From Lama glama (Eukaryota), in NCBI GenBank assembly GCA_028534125.1, contig CM052842.1, positions 1,612,001-1,676,000 on the forward strand: a stretch of DNA of 64,000 nt. The letters are read 5' to 3'. Shown here piece by piece: positions 11,401 through 26,049 of the stretch. The notes under the pieces are model-generated. The model had not been told where the DNA came from and searched no databases. It saw nothing but the letters and a program-made list of their open reading frames with translations. How positions within the stretch are numbered: the first letter of the stretch is position 1; every line of letters begins with the position of its first letter. Position numbers and translations under genes: made by a program.

Positions 11401-14400
11401 AGGAAGGACTTGCTCTCCATCCTTGGGGGAGTCCCTTCAGCTTAATGGGGCAGAGACCATTCTGGGGCACCCCAGTTTAGACAGCACCATTTCTTGTCTG
11501 CTGCTGGAGGTCCGCCCTGGTCTTGGGGGTCCCCTGCCTCTGAGAGCCCCAGGCTGGGGGAGGAGAGCTTCAGGCAGAGGTCATGTCCTGCTTGGGAGCC
11601 CCTCTGGGGCAGACCTGGCTGCGCTGCAGCCTCAGCTCTTGCCTTGGAGCCTGGGTCATTGGACCTCAGCCTGAACTGCGTCCAGGCGCTCCCTCCAGCC
11701 CGGTGTCTGGTGGCGTCCTACTGGCGGGCCACCCCCTCCTCCTGGGCCTGGGGCCTTTGTCCTGGGAGCAGGGCTGCATTGCTGGGGCGTTCCCTGGAAC
11801 CCCCACTTCCTCTGGTGCCTTCTGGACAGGATCTGGGCAGTACGAGGACGGATGGTTCCCTCCAGTCACTGGGGGCGGGAGACAGATGTCCGGGGAAGAG
11901 CCTGGTGCCAGCCCTGGGGCACAAGGCCGGAGGAGGCTGGCAGTGGTGGTCACGGAAGCCGCTCAGTAGGAGGCCTCCTTGGGAGCGGGCATCACTCCGG
12001 TGGCCTCTGTCCAGCAGTTTTGAGGCAGCCGGGGCTCTTTCTGGGCACCGCAGCCCTCCCGCCTGGCCAGGCTGCCACTTCCACCTGCCACCGGCAGCCA
12101 GCAGCCCCTGAAGTCTCTTGTCTGCTGCCCCCTCCCTCTTCCTCATCTGGCTCCCGCTGTCCACGGCCTGCCCTTGCCAGCTGGGACACCTTGGTGGAGA
12201 CATCAGGGCTTAGACTGCAGGTGGATGGGTGGGAGTGGTGGGGAGGGTGCTGAGGGTGCAGGCTGGCCAGAGGCCCTTGGGAGCCTGGGGGTTCCGGTGG
12301 ACAGCTGCGTTCCCAGGCACGGGGGATGGGCCTGCTGGGCTCCAGGTCCCCAGGGCCTCGGGGCCCAGAGCCTGGCCAGGGGGGCACAGAGCAGCAGGCC
12401 AAGGACACACTGGCATTTCGAGTTCCCAGCCCAGCGGGCTCTGGCTGGGGCAACTCTTTGTGGCCCCAGCAGTGGGACCGCAGGTGAGCTGAGGACAGGC
12501 TGGGGTCTTTCCGCCTTCCCGTCTGCGCAGACCCTGACTACTCAGGGCACGGCGACAGGAGCCCTCGGCCTGAATTTGCCCCTCAGAGCACCAGGTGCTG
12601 CTGGCTGGGCCCTTCTGTCCCCGCCAGCTGCCCGCCTGCATGCAGGCAAGCTGTGGGCCAGTGGGCTGGGGGGTCTTGAGTGCGCCCCTAGCCTCCGCCA
12701 CGCCTTATAGGTGCCCTCGCTGTCCCTCCCGTCTTCCCAGGGCTGCCCTGCCCCTCGCTTCAAACTATGGCCCCTGCTCCCTGCTCCTGACTCAGATCTG
12801 GCTTGAGCTGCTTCCTCTGGGGACCCAGTGGTCTGGGGCTCCAGCTGTGCCCCTGGGGTCTCTAAAAGCCCCTTTTGGAGCCCTTGGGAGTGGGGGTGTC
12901 CAGTCTGCACAGGGAGAGAGCATTGGGACGTCCCCCATGGTGTCCTTGGGACGAGAGGGAACCCACGCGAGGCACTGCAGCGTGGTGGCGCGCGCCCACT
13001 GTCTGGGGGCACCAGCCGCTGACCTTCCTGCGTTTTGTGTCTCCTCCTCTGGCGGCGCCGCTTCCCCGGGGCCGCTGCTGCCTCGGGCCCCTCCTTCGCG
13101 CCGTCTCCCCAGATGCGGGCCAGGCCGCTGGGCGCTGGTGAGTGCGCTCGTGGGGGCTCCGGCTAGGCCAGCGATGCCCCCCCACCAAGCTTCTGTCCCC
13201 CATCTCCCCGCGGGAGTGGAGAGTGTGGAGGCTGCTCCCATGGGGATGGGGCAGGCGTCCAGCATGTGGCCTGAGACCCACGGAGAGGAAACCCTTCCCG
13301 TCCACCGGGGTTCTCACCGGGCCTTTACATCCCTTTCAGGTCCTCCCTGCCAACCCCCTGCCAGCCACCAGTGTGGGGCCAGGATTCCTCACGCGCTCTG
13401 GCCGCACAGTGTGTCTGGACTGAGACCTCTGGGTCCCGCTGGGCGAGCTGGCTGCCGGCTGCCCTGTCCTGGCCGGCTCAGGCACCGTGGGGGCAGAGGA
13501 AGGCTGGACGTGCCGCTCCCTGCGGACGGGTCCCTGGAGGCCCGATGACCCCGGGGACGTGGGCTGCTGCTGCTCCTCTGAGGGCCCCCTCTGGCCATAA
13601 CTTGCTTGCTCATGGGGGGTTTGTTCCGGTGAGTTGAGTGGTGTCTGGAAAGCGCTGAGCGGAGAGCCTGTTCCGACAGGGTGCTCCGTGAACCATGCCC
13701 ACGTCATTGGGATGTGGCGGATCAGACAGACACCGCACACACCTCTGTGTGCCCGAAGGTCACGAGCCGGGTGTCCCAAGGGCAGTGTAGGCGCAGCACA
13801 CTCAGAAAACTGGTGTGTCTGCATGGTCCCTTCCTGGGCCATGGGACGCTGGAAGGTCACAGGTGGCGGTTTTCAGGCTGGGGAGGTGCCCTCTGGGGAG
13901 GCCATCCTGGGGCTGCGGTCCGTGGGAGGAGCAGAGGGGCGGAAGGGTGCTGAGACAGCCGGGCCGGGGCGCCTGGCCCCACGCTCAGGAGCCAGCTGCG
14001 TGTGGGGTGCCTACCGCGCGTCACCCGTTCTGGGCACTCTCCGTGCGTCCGTTTACGACTCCCGACAGCCCTGGGAGGCAGTCTTGTATTACTGTCCACT
14101 TACAGGTGAGGGAACGAGGCCCGAGAGGGCCGGTGGCTGGACCCCAGCTGCACAGGTAGCACGTGGCCGAGTCAGGTGGAGCCCCAGGCAGCCTGGCTCC
14201 AGCCCCATGCTGCCCCCTGCAGCTCAGGAGGACCCGGCTGGAGACGGCGCTTTGGCAGGGGCCCTGTGCCCTGCAGGCCCCTGGGGTCATGGGTGTGGGG
14301 CTCCTTTGGGACCATGGTGGTCTTTGAGAGGGAGCCCTGCAAGGAGGGACAGTGGGGCCTGGCTGAGCTGAGCTCCGGGCGCAGGCTGCCTGGTGGCGCT

Positions 14401-14544
14401 AAGCAGAGTAAGGCTGTGGGCAGGCTGGGCGGCCCGAGTGCACCCTGGATCCTGAATCCATGTGCTCACTCTCTCCTGCCTCCCCACCCGGTTCTGTTTC
14501 CTCCAGCTCTTCAGGACAGTGGCGGCCCTGTCTCCTCTGAGAAG

Positions 14545-14632
14545 ATGTCCTATGGCTCCATTGCTGGCAGCAGCGGCCTGGAGAGCCGTGGCCCTTTCGG
14601 GGGGCCCTCCAGACAAGGCTATCGGCCCCTAG
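14545..14632 (+). CDS. TSNARE1: TSNARE1 first coding exon (MSYGSIAGSSGLESRGPFGGPSRQGYRPL, ends phase 1)
   Basis: ATG at 14545 (gaagATGt). Pyrimidine tract with candidate acceptors ending at 14506 or 14514. Donor CTAG|gtgagg at 14633. Peptide matches the TSNARE1 N-terminus as I recall it (MSYGSIA...GPFGGPSRQG). Confidence 0.93.
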
Positions 14633-16549
14633 GTGAGGACACGGCTGGCAGCGTGGGTTGGGGAGGAGGGCGCATGGTGGTGGGCGGGCCTCCACTGTCG
14701 TGTTGGTGGATAGAGAGGGGTTCTGTCCTGACCAGCGCTGCCTGTGACCTGAGACCAGGGGTGGTGCTGGGGCAGCACCAGGAGAGAACAGAGCAGAGGA
14801 GGTGCCGTGCCCTGGGGGCAGGCCTGGGCGCCCGCGGCCACTCCGCAGTCGTCCGGGGGCACCTGTGGGTGCGTGGTGAGTGGCCAGGTGGGTGAATGGC
14901 AGCCTGTTCTTCCCAAGGGTAGCGTGGGGCAGGTGCTACTGCTCAGTGCGCAACGGGGGAGACAGGCCCGTGGTGATGGACAGCGTCCCGGGGCTTTGCA
15001 GCTGGTTTGGGCAGGGGGGGAATCCACTTCTGTGCTTCTGTGTGTGAGCCCGGCTCTGTCCACTGAGCCAGCGCGCCCCGCAGGCTGAGCCCTGGGTGTG
15101 CGCACGTGGCCTCTGGGGGCCGTGCCCCTCCTCGCTTTCCCCTACCCGAAAGGCGCCTGTGCTCCAGGTGGCAGGCGCGTTAGAGCAGGTCTCCACCCGC
15201 CGGTTCCCTCCTCGGGCCCCTGGCATCTGGGTGAGCGCAGCCTTCATGGGCAGCAGTCTGGGAGTGGGGAGGGGACGGAATTTGAGATCCCTGAGCTCTT
15301 TGCTTGTGTCTGTGGACCACACTTGCCCTGGCCTGAGGCTCAGCCCAGCACCTGGGGTAGGTCAGAGCCCTGGCTGTCCCGGTAGGGGTTGGGGTGGGGG
15401 TGGGTCCCCGTCCCCTTGGAGACATTCTGAAGGTGGCCCACGTTTCTTCCCTTTTGGCTTTTCTCGGGCTCCTCCAGGGCTCGGTTCCCCAGGGGTGCCT
15501 GACTGGGTGGTGGTCTGGACAAGGGGCCATCTCAGGCTCCTAGGCAGCCCCCTCCCAAGGAGGAAGCAGCGTGCACTTGGCAGGGGGCTGAGTTGCCTGT
15601 GCATGTGGCCGTCCTTGTCTCTGTCGTCCCGCGGTCTCTTGGAGCTTTGCCACTTCCTGCTGCCCAGGCTCAGGTGAGGCGCTGGGACACACTGGTGCCC
15701 AGGGCCAGGCGCCATCCTGCAGCACAGTCCCATCACTGTCGCCTTCCCTCCGTCCCTCCTTGAGCTGGGAGCGAGGGCCTCCTCCCTCTCCTTCCTGCTG
15801 GGAGTGTGCATCCAGGCAGCCCTGTAGATATTGGGGCCACGGAGGGGACACAGGTGGCCCCGTGCCACCAGGGAGACATTCCCCGAGCCATCTTAGGAGC
15901 CATAAAGAAGGTGAGGGAGGAAGGAGGGTGTAGGCTCTGTTGCCAAGGAGGTCAGGGAGGACCCCCTGGGGGGGAGCTGGGGAGGAGGGAACCCCCAGGG
16001 TCTGAACAGGCCTGTCCTGTCGGGAGGCAGCGTGCGTGTGAGTGTGGGAGCACGTGAATGTGACGTTCGGTTTAAATGTACCGGTGAAGGGCTGATGACA
16101 CAAACTCCCAGGTCCCTCCTTCTGGGTTGCAGGTTCTGCTGCCGCGCTCTCCCCGAGGTTTCACTCCCACGTGTCACATCCTTACACCGACCCTTGCTGA
16201 GCCTGCTCTCTCGGGACTGTTTAATGGGGCGTCCGTTTGTATTGTTCTGAGATTTGGGGTTTTGCTGTCTTGCTCCTGAGTCACTGCTGTTTGCCTGGCT
16301 ACCCCGGCAGCTTCCTGCTCTGCAGCGCTGGGTTATGTGTGAGGCCATGGCAGGGGCGCCTGGTCCACGGGCGGGGGGCCGTTGGGGCACCCGTTTTGGC
16401 TCCTGTCGCGTAGCAGCACTGAGGACCCAGGGGCACTGGTGCTGTTGGGACACCCTGCACGTGAGGGGTGGCCAGGGCCGGGCAGACGCGTTGCTCGTGC
16501 TTCTGTGACCTGTCCCTGCTCCTGTCCTGTCGACACCAGGCGGCGGCGG

Positions 16550-19260
16550 CCTTGACCGTTTGCCCGTCTTGGGTGTGGAAGGGTGTCTTCTGGGTTGAAT
16601 TCGCATTTCCCCAGTAACTAACGGGGTTGATAAGTTTTTCCTGTGATTGTTGGGCACTTGTGTTTCTCTGGTTAACCCTCTCTGTGTTTTTCTCCTGGGT
16701 TTATCCTGCTCTTACTGACGTCATCCCCTGTCACGGTTTGCATTTTTCTGTTTCATCTAATAAATTTTGTCACAAGCTGATAACGACTTTACCTTTGGTG
16801 TGCATATTTAAGCCTTCGAATCACTTGGAGTTGAGTTTGTTTGAGGAGTGAGGTGGGGTGGGGACGGTGGTCTGTGGTGTCGCTTCTCTCTGCTCGTGTA
16901 GCGAGTTGTCCTGAACCCTTTACTGAGAACCCCACCCCTTCTGCAGACGTGCGGCGCCAGCTCTGTGACAAATGCGGTTCCGTGTGGGTTCCCTCGGCTG
17001 GTTGTCTGTGTCTGTGCAGAATTCCATCTTCATTGGCATAGTTATTGTGACTCTTGGTATTTTCTACGGCGAGTTGCTTACTTCCCTCGGAGACGCCCGG
17101 GGTGCGTTTGGCCTGTGGCTGCGCACACCTCGGAGTCCCCGTCACAGCTGGGCTGGGACTGCTCTGCGTCCGCGGCGGTGGTGCATGAGGGTCGGAATCC
17201 TTGGCATCCTGAGTCTCCGGTGCACACATGTGCTTGTCTTTCTGTTTATGGAACTTCTTTAACGGCTTCAAGTGTTTATCGTTTTCTCTGTGAAGATCTT
17301 ACATATCCCTTATTAAACTTCTCTTAACAAAATAAAAACTAATTTTTGCTGCCATTCTGAGCAGTGCCTGCTCTAAGTCTTTGTGGCTGGTGCATGCACA
17401 CACATTAGTTTCTTCTAGAAGCCAAGTCCAGGGGTTTTATTTAACGTTCACACATTATTAATTATTATTATCTTACTTACTAAACGTGGGGAGTTTCAGA
17501 CATAGAAGAACAGACGCAGTAACGTAAGGAGCCCGGCGCATGCCCACTTGGCTTTGTCGCGTGTCCCCTGCAGCCGGGCCAGCCTCACCTGTGCCGTCAG
17601 GAACCCCACCGCGGGGCGTTTGGAAGGAGGTCCCAGAAGCCAGCACATCCCATGTGTGAGTGTTTCAGAGTGCCTCCTCCTTTCCGTGATCGCATGTCCC
17701 ACCAGAATGTGGCCGTGGCTTCCTGCCCAGCGGTCAGACTCTGGGCGCCCGTGGAGCCCACGGGTGCCCGGCGTCCCCGTGGGCACCCTGATCGGGCCCA
17801 CTGTCGTGGGTGGATGCGCCTTGTAAGTCTTTCTGCTTCTCTGGATACCCCTCCATCTTTTAGTTCTGCTGCTGCTTTATTTTCTTAAACTTTGTTTCTT
17901 GGGGAGACCATGCTTTTCCTTTGGAGTGTGGTTGGTTTTTGTCCACTGCCGTTCTGCTGAGGCCCTTTTATGAACTGCAGTGATTTGTAGAATCTTGAGT
18001 TTCCCGTATAGACAGTGTCATTTGTGAGCATCACAGTGTTTTTCTCTTCGGTTCCAACGCCTTCGCCTTTGGCGCGCTCTCCCTGCCGCCCTGAGCTGGC
18101 GGAAGCGGTAGCACAAAGCTGAGTGCGAGCGGTGATTGTGCCCCGCGTGCGCTGTTGCGAGAACAGGGCTTTGTGCTTCTCACGTGTTTCTGGGGTTTTG
18201 CTGTGAAACTGCCGCCCGGGCCGAGTGATTTCCTGGTGGAAGGCCTTTGACGGCCGATTACTTTCCCATCTGTACAGGCGCCCAGGCTCTCTGTTTCTTA
18301 CTGGGTCAGTTTGTGAAGTTGTGGTTTTCAGGACGTGTGTCTGCTCCATCAAAATGTTCAAGTTGTCTGAAATAACGCTGTGGGTGGCCACGTCGTCAGG
18401 TGTGACCCGGGCAGCGTCCTGGGTGGTTAGGGGCACAGCTCAGAGGCAGCTGCCCCGGTTCCGACCCCCGGTCGCCGTGTTCCAGCCGGCCCCAACCCCC
18501 TGGAAATGGGTCAGGTAGAGAGGGGAGCTTCCCTCCCATCGCGTGGAGGTGAGGGGCCCAGGGTTCCCGCTGTTCACTAGCACCCGAGGTGTCGGGACCA
18601 CGCCCACGTTTTATTCCTAAAGCTGTCTGTTCACATGGCTCCTCTTTTCTTCTGTGATCAGTGTTGACAGACACTGGCAATTTTATAAGCCTCGCCAAAG
18701 AGATGACTTGTCTTTCTTGATCTTTATTATATGCTAGTTTTAAGATTTGATGGATTTCTTCCTTTTTTTTTTGTTTACCTTTTTTTTGTGTGGGAGAGCA
18801 ATCAGGTTTACTGGGGATTGAACCCAGAACCTCGTGTGTGCTAGGCTCAGGCTCTGCCGCTGAGCTAGCCCCTGCCCCAGGGCTGCTGGATTCTGCCAGT
18901 GTGTTTAGTGTTTCCCTCCTCCTCTCTCTGAGTTGATGCTGTTTTGTTTTTCTAACCCCTAAGTTGGACGTTTACCTCATTCATACTCAGTTTTCATTCT
19001 TTTCCAATAAAAGCATTTAAGAATATAAATGTCCAAATAATTAGTTTTAGTTGGATATCACCCATTAAAAATATCTGATATTTGTAAAGTTAATGTTTAT
19101 TGTATTATTTTATTTCCATTATGATTTCTTCCCTGATCCAGGGTTTATTTAGAATCATAGTTTATCATTTCCAAACATACGACTTTTCTTAGTTGTCTTT
19201 TAAAAATGATTTCTTAGTTAATTACATCTCTGTCAACAAAGGATGTGCATCGTCCTGATT
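16550..19260 (-). mobile_element. Cluster of degenerate antisense L1 fragments
   Basis: T-rich L1-like phrases (TTCGCATTTCCCCAGTAACTAACGGGGTTGA, GACAGTGTCATTTGTGAGCA, CCCTGATCCAGGGTTTATTTAGAA). Boundaries approximate; several pieces. Confidence 0.6.
18763..18878 (-). mobile_element. tRNA-derived SINE (camelid type) nested in L1
   Basis: T-tract, GGGAGAGCAATCAGGTTT, then ACTGGGGATTGAACCCAGAACCTCGTGTGTGCTAGGC...CTGAGCTAGCCCCTGCCCC, the reverse of a tRNA-like head with B box GGTTCAATCC. Confidence 0.8.
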
Positions 19261-21369
19261 TGTTGACAGTTGCTGAAACCCGGACTGCGTCTGTGATGCT
19301 GGGTGTGATTCTGGGGGTGACCGGGAGGCCTCCCAAGAAGGCAGGCCCCAGGTGTGGGAGCAGCTGCCGTCAGTGGTCCCTCCTGTGTGCCAGCGCTGTG
19401 GGTTATGGGTTACTTGGTGGCCCTGGAGTTAATGACGCAGAGCTTAGGGTGGGCTGTTACCGTAAAATCCCGTCAGAAATTCAGCAAAAAGCCAAGTGGG
19501 AGGTTACTGACACATAAAGAACTCACTTAAGTAGGAGGAAAACCCCCATATCTTTATCCAGATGGGCCCGATCCGTGTAGAGAGGGATGGCTTCAGTGTG
19601 AGAAGTGCTCAGCCGCACTGGTACCCAGAGAGGTGGACGTGCACAGGGCCATCCTCCTGTGGCCAGGCTGCGCGGGGCGGGCTCCCTCGGAGGAGGGGGC
19701 ACGCTGCTCCCTGCCTCCGGACCCCGCCTTCCGTTCCCTGGCCCAGCCCTGCCCCTTCTCTTTTAGGAAGTAACCAGAGATTTAGGCAGAGGTGTTCGCT
19801 GCAGCGGGACACAGGACAGTTCAGCAATGCCGTAGCTCGCGTTGGTGGGATGTGATGCCGTCTTTGGGGTCGGTTGTTGGAAGCTGCTGGGTGACCCATC
19901 CGCATCCAGAGAGGATGACAGACTTGGGGAAATGAAACAGGCGAGACCATGTCCACAGTTGCTAGCTGTGTGAGACCCTCCCCCCTCAGTGACAGCAGCG
20001 TTTACCTCAGGGCGCGTGGTTACCAAGGATCTTTACTGTTTTCTTTATACTTGTCTGCTTCAAATTTAAGTTGTCCCAGCTCTTCCCAGGGTTCAAAGCT
20101 GGTGGGATTCCAGAGGGCAGGCCAGACTGGCCCCTCCATGGGTGTCTGGGGACCGTATGGAGTAACCTGAGGGGGTGGTGGGCAGGGCTGGGACTTCTGG
20201 TGACTGGATGCGGTGTGGCGAGGACATTGGGTGGCATGTGTGGCCTGCGGTCTCCTTGCTCCCCACAAAGCAGGTGGTGACCCCACTGCTGGGTTCCGGG
20301 GCAGTGGTCGCTGGGGCTGGGGTTCCCATCTGGGGAGGAGGCCCTGCCTGGAGGCTCCCTGTGAAGCCCTTGGGGAAGAGGGAATTCACCTGGCCTAGCC
20401 TTCTTGAGAGATGGGCCCCGTCCTGGACCTTCAGACCCAGACACGCCTGGACGTGGAGGCCTTTCCTGAGGAGGAGCTGCTGAGGCAGGGGCTCAGCGGA
20501 GATGGGCCCGGGGCGTCAGTCACCCGGGAGTTCCCCGGGCCGCCGCCGTGGCCAGACAGCTTCGGAGCACGCTCCTGGGACCCGCCCTCCTCCTTGGAGC
20601 CTGGACGGAGCGGGGCTGGCACACGGCCTGGCCCCGCCACCTCCGCCGACCCTGAGGTGCCCTGGGTAGGATGCAGCCTGGCTCCGGAGGCATCCGAATG
20701 TCTTCACAGTGTGCCTCTTAGGGTCTGGGAATCCAGCGAGTCCGTCCCGGAGGCTCAGAGAGGAAAGTGCATCCTCCCTGGGGCCCAGTCCTGTGCCTGG
20801 GCCTGTTGAGGGCCCTGCAGTCGCTGCTCAGCTCCACAGACACGTATCAGGGGAACCGATTTTTTTTCCCCCACTTCCGATATGCCATGAACAATTCTTC
20901 CATAAAATGCAATGGAATGGCCCCATGCTGGTGGTGTGCCGATTTCAAATGGTCATGAGCTTTCCCAAAACCTTATTCTCCGCTTTGCATATCGCAGACA
21001 GATAACACCTGTTGAAGTCCTGGCCTGGTCTGTGGGCCTCACCTGAGGTTCTGCTCTAAGGAGTTTCATACTGGTTTGGAATCACCTTCCAGAAGAATTG
21101 GGGTACAGAGAAAGATCTGAAAGATCCGAAGTTTTGAACTTGGGGCTGGCTTTCAGCAAATGGGGGGTGTCCTGCAGGATGTGGCGGTCAGGGAGGGCTT
21201 CCTGGAGGAGGTGGGTCTGAGTGAGTGGAGCTCTCAGCATGGACGCTTGGAGGCCTGGGGCACCTGCTGTCCTGCATGAAAGCCTCACTCCACCAGCAGC
21301 ACCCTGAGCACCCTGAGCCACTCTGCGGACAGGCTGGGCATAACTGTGACTATCCCTTGCTGTCTGTAG

Positions 21370-21483
21370 AGTGTGCTAAACTTTGGACCCAGTATGGGAG
21401 CCACCATTTCCCCCGCCCATCACCTGAGAGCAGCCTGTGGGACCCCTTTGTGGGCGAGGGGCCAAGAGGGGCCAAGAAGCGAG
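21370..21483 (+). CDS. TSNARE1: TSNARE1 coding exon 2 (ECAKLWTQYGSHHFPRPSPESSLWDPFVGEGPRGAKKR; 114 nt, phase 1-1)
   Basis: Acceptor tgtctgtag|AG and donor CGAG|gtactt. In frame with both neighbours. Resembles the human TSNARE1 segment ECARCWTEYG...RARKRG as recalled. Confidence 0.88.
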
Positions 21484-22331
21484 GTACTTCCACTGGGACG
21501 CTGGGGCTGGGGGGCCCCAGGGAAGGGCACCCACAGGTGCCTTGTGCTGAGGAGGGAGAGTCAGCAGGTGGGCCTTGGAATTCCGGGGGCGCAGGCTGGG
21601 GGACCCTGGGCAGTACGAGCCAGGGGAGCTGGGGCAGGGATTCCCACCTGTCTCTTCCTTCACCCCCACCAGCCCTTCCCTTTCCTTCCTCGAGGACCAT
21701 GGATGGCGTGGTGGGGCTGGGCCGGTGGCAGGAGAGATGTGGCCCGGCTGTCAGGGTGACCTGGTCTCCAGGGACGAGGCCAGTCCTAAGGATGGAGAGT
21801 GAGGGTCTGGACTGGCCCCCATGGCCCCTCGGTCCCAGGGCCCGCGTCCTCCTTGCAGAGGGGGCTAGCGCAGACGTGTGAGGTCCTCTGTGTGCTTTAG
21901 GAGGGTGCTGTGCAGGAGGGGGGGCTGAGGCCTTGACTCATCCAGCTGGGCAGGAAGGCAGGAGTCAGCGGTGCCCTGCGGGGTCTTGGTCAGGGCGTCT
22001 GACTTGTCATTGGTGAGGACTGTCCCCAGGTAGGCCCTGGCCCTGGTCCCGGAGGGCCTTCTCCCTGCGGACGGGAGACAGCTCCCCCTGACGACAGCTG
22101 CAGGAGGCAGGCAGGGCTGGGGTGGCCCTTTTTGGAGACAGGCACTGTGGCCCGAATGCCTGGCTGGATGGCACCCAGCCAGGCAGCGGCAGGGCCAGGA
22201 CTTGGACCCAGGCCCCAGAACACCCAGCAGGGAGTGGCCGGGGGCTGGCAGCAATGCTCTGAATTGGAAGCCAAAGAGAAGGCGCCCCAGGAGCTGGTGT
22301 CACAGCTGCCACCCACCAGCCAGGGCCTTAA

Positions 22332-23006
<675 letters not shown>

Positions 23007-26000
23007 TGACTTCCCCCTCAGTGGCGCTCAGCCCTCTCCCACACTGCGCAGAGCTCTGAGCCGGCACAGACACCGCGCTCTTCCAAGGGCATCTAGTTCC
23101 AGCCTTTGGGCCGAGACCTGCAGTAAGAAAGACGTTTTCTCCTGCCACCAGCGTCCCTGGTGCATCTGAACCCCAGAGGCTCCAGGGCGGTGCTTACCCC
23201 ACCGCTGTTCCCGCTGCGTGTCTCTCCTGTCCCGTCCCACCGCTGAGCAACGTGCTCCTGGCAACTTTCCGAACTGGTTTCCCCACCTGGTGTCAGGGCT
23301 CGGCTTGGAATGCCTGGTGTCTCTGTTGCTGATTCAACATCCAGGGGCGGCCTCAACACGGGCTGGGCTGACCCTGTGTATCAGGATGGGCGGATGGAGA
23401 CACAAGCCCCGGTTACCAGGTACTTCAGGCCTCTAGACTCAGGCAGAGCCCTTCCCAGGCCTCTTTCCAGGGGAGCATCGCTCCATGGGGCCTGACTGCT
23501 CCATGAGGGCTCCAGTCGTGCGTAGCAGGTTGGCGCAGGTCTGCCACCTGGGAGCTCAGTGCTGGGTCCCAGACAGGCACTGGGACAGCACGTTGTGTGG
23601 AAGGGCGCCGACCCAGCGGCATGCAGGCTATACAACTGCTGTGTGAGGCCATCGCGGCAGCAGCCACGGGGCTGGAGGAGGGTGAGGGTGCCCGTCCCTG
23701 TGTGGGTCCCTGCTGCATGAGCCTTGGGTGTCCGTTCTGCCACTGGGCTGGGCTGGCCTTGAGTTTGCGGCTGCAGCAGGTGGTCCCCGCCCCTCAAGAC
23801 ACCAGCCCAGCTCTGCTTTTGCTCCGAGCCTGCATGCGGCGATGACTCAGACGGTGTGGGGCGCCTGGGAGATGTTCCGAGCTGCAGCCTCTGCTCGGCC
23901 CCCAGGAGGGACAGGCAGAAGTGGCAGCCCCCAGACCATGCAGACCCCCAGTGGCCTCTCCTCTGGGCAAGGCTGCTTTCCTGAGGCCATGGGGCTCCTG
24001 CTGCCTCTGGTGTTGGAGCTTGGAGGCCATCTCAGCCCACGGCCTCACCCTCTGTGCTATTTGGGGTGAGGACAGGTGCCCCAGTGGGTCAGACAACTTG
24101 TGTTGAGGTGGTGGTCACGCTGGGAGACCAGGGGGCTGTGGTCCTGGGGCCCCAGGCTCCTTGACCTCTGCTTCCATGAGGAGCAGCTGTCCTCAGAGGT
24201 CAGAGTCAGGGGCTCGTGAGGAGTGTCTGGTGGCCGTGGCTGGCCCACAGGAGGGCTGGGTGCAGGCTTGTGGACGAGGCCGTGGACGAACAGATGTGGT
24301 GTTGACGGGGTGGCAGTGACGTTGGTGGGAGCCATGCTGGGGGACATGGCGAAGACAGGTGAGGGGCCCCTTATCCAGCCCTGTGTCCCAGGCCTCTGGT
24401 CCCCTGGGCTGTCTGTGCTGCACTGGGCCCCAGGAGCACGTTCTCTGGCGTGGGGTCAGAGGGCAGGGGCTAGAGGGCGTGTTCAGGCCTGAGGCCAAGG
24501 CCCCAGTCTGCTGCTCACTGGCCCTCAGCTCCTCGCAGTCTGTCCACTGCCGCCCTGTCCTCGCGTCCCACCCACGCGCACCAGGACTGGCCTTTACTGC
24601 CCCCCAGCGAGAGTCCCTCTGCCCCTGCCTTCCCGGGACACAAGTGTCTGGTCCTGTCACCTGTGAAGATGCCCAGATGTGCGTGGGGGGCAGGCGGTCA
24701 CTGGAGGCCGTTCTCTCGTGTTCCGACCCTTGGTCAGCATCTTCCATGTCACTGGCCCCTCCTCTGTGCAGGGTCCGTGCCTGATAGCCACAGAGCCAGT
24801 AGCAGATGGCCGCAGAGGTCCAGGCTGTGACCCGGAGCCCCGGGTAGGCTGCTGGGTCTGAACACCAAGAGCCAGAGGCGGGAGAGGAGAGGAAACAAAG
24901 CTGTGCTCTGGTCTGGCCTCAGACGCACATGCAGGCTGCCCGGCCACTGTGGGGCCGGCTGGGGCCACGCCCGGCTGAGTCAGCTTCCCCGCGGGCCGTA
25001 TGCAGGGCAGGCTGGGGCCACGTTTGACTCCCGCGGGGCTCTCCATGCTGGCCACAGGGTGTTGTGCAGCCGAGCCACCCTGGGTCCCTCTGGGTCCCCC
25101 TCCCACCCGGCCTGTGGCTGCTGTAGGCACCCTTAGGACCCAGCAAAGGGCAGGGCAGCCCCTGCAGCAGATGGGGCGCCGACCTGGTAACAAAGCCGAA
25201 CTGGCAGCCGCACGGGGACGTCTTCATCCTTGTCCCCGCGTTGGGCAGATGAGGCCCCGCAGCCCGCGGTGAGATGTGGGCGATGCGGAGCCCGGTGACT
25301 TTAAGTCTCCTTATCTCTGCTCACGGTGGGGGGAGGGAGGGATGGGGAGGCCCAGGGACAAGCCCGATAAGCCGTGCTGATGTTTTATTTTAATTTCCCG
25401 AGGGCAGTGGAGTCGTTCAGGTGGCGTGAAGAGGGCTTCCCCTTCCTTCTTGGGGTGGGGGTGAGGGGCTGCTGCAGAAGGGGGCGCCCCCTGGGCTCCT
25501 CCGGGGTGTGCTTTGCCCAGCACGTGCTCTGGACACCTGTGCGGAGGGAGAGGTGGATGGGCCCTGCCCTTGCCCTGAGGGAGGCCGCCTGGGCCACGGG
25601 GGACCTGGTGCTGGGAAGACGGGCTATGTGGTGGCCACAGGCCAGGGCCACGGGGCTGGGCAGAGGCGGGTGCTCCGGTCTCCCCCCTCGTTCTGAACAC
25701 AGGGCACAGCTTCATCCAAGTTTGACTGAACGGGCAGGACAGCACGTCCCCTGAGGGCCCAGTTCAGTGAGGCGTGCCCAGGAGCACAGGGACGCTTAGT
25801 GCAGGGCGTCCTGTGGCTCCCGCGGTCTCCCGCGCCCCCGCCCGCCTACCCGGGGGCAGCGCTCAGTGCCTCGGCCGGGTGGGCTGGGCTGCGCTTTGCA
25901 GGGCCTCACCTGCGTGGGGTCTGCGGGCTGCCCTCCTCGGGCTCCGCTTCCTTCCTGTCCTCGCGTGTCGAGGACCAGCCAGGGGTGCTGGGCAGTTGGT

Positions 26001-26049
26001 GGCTCATCCTTCCGCTGCTCAGGAGGGGACCCTCTACGGTTCGTGCCCC

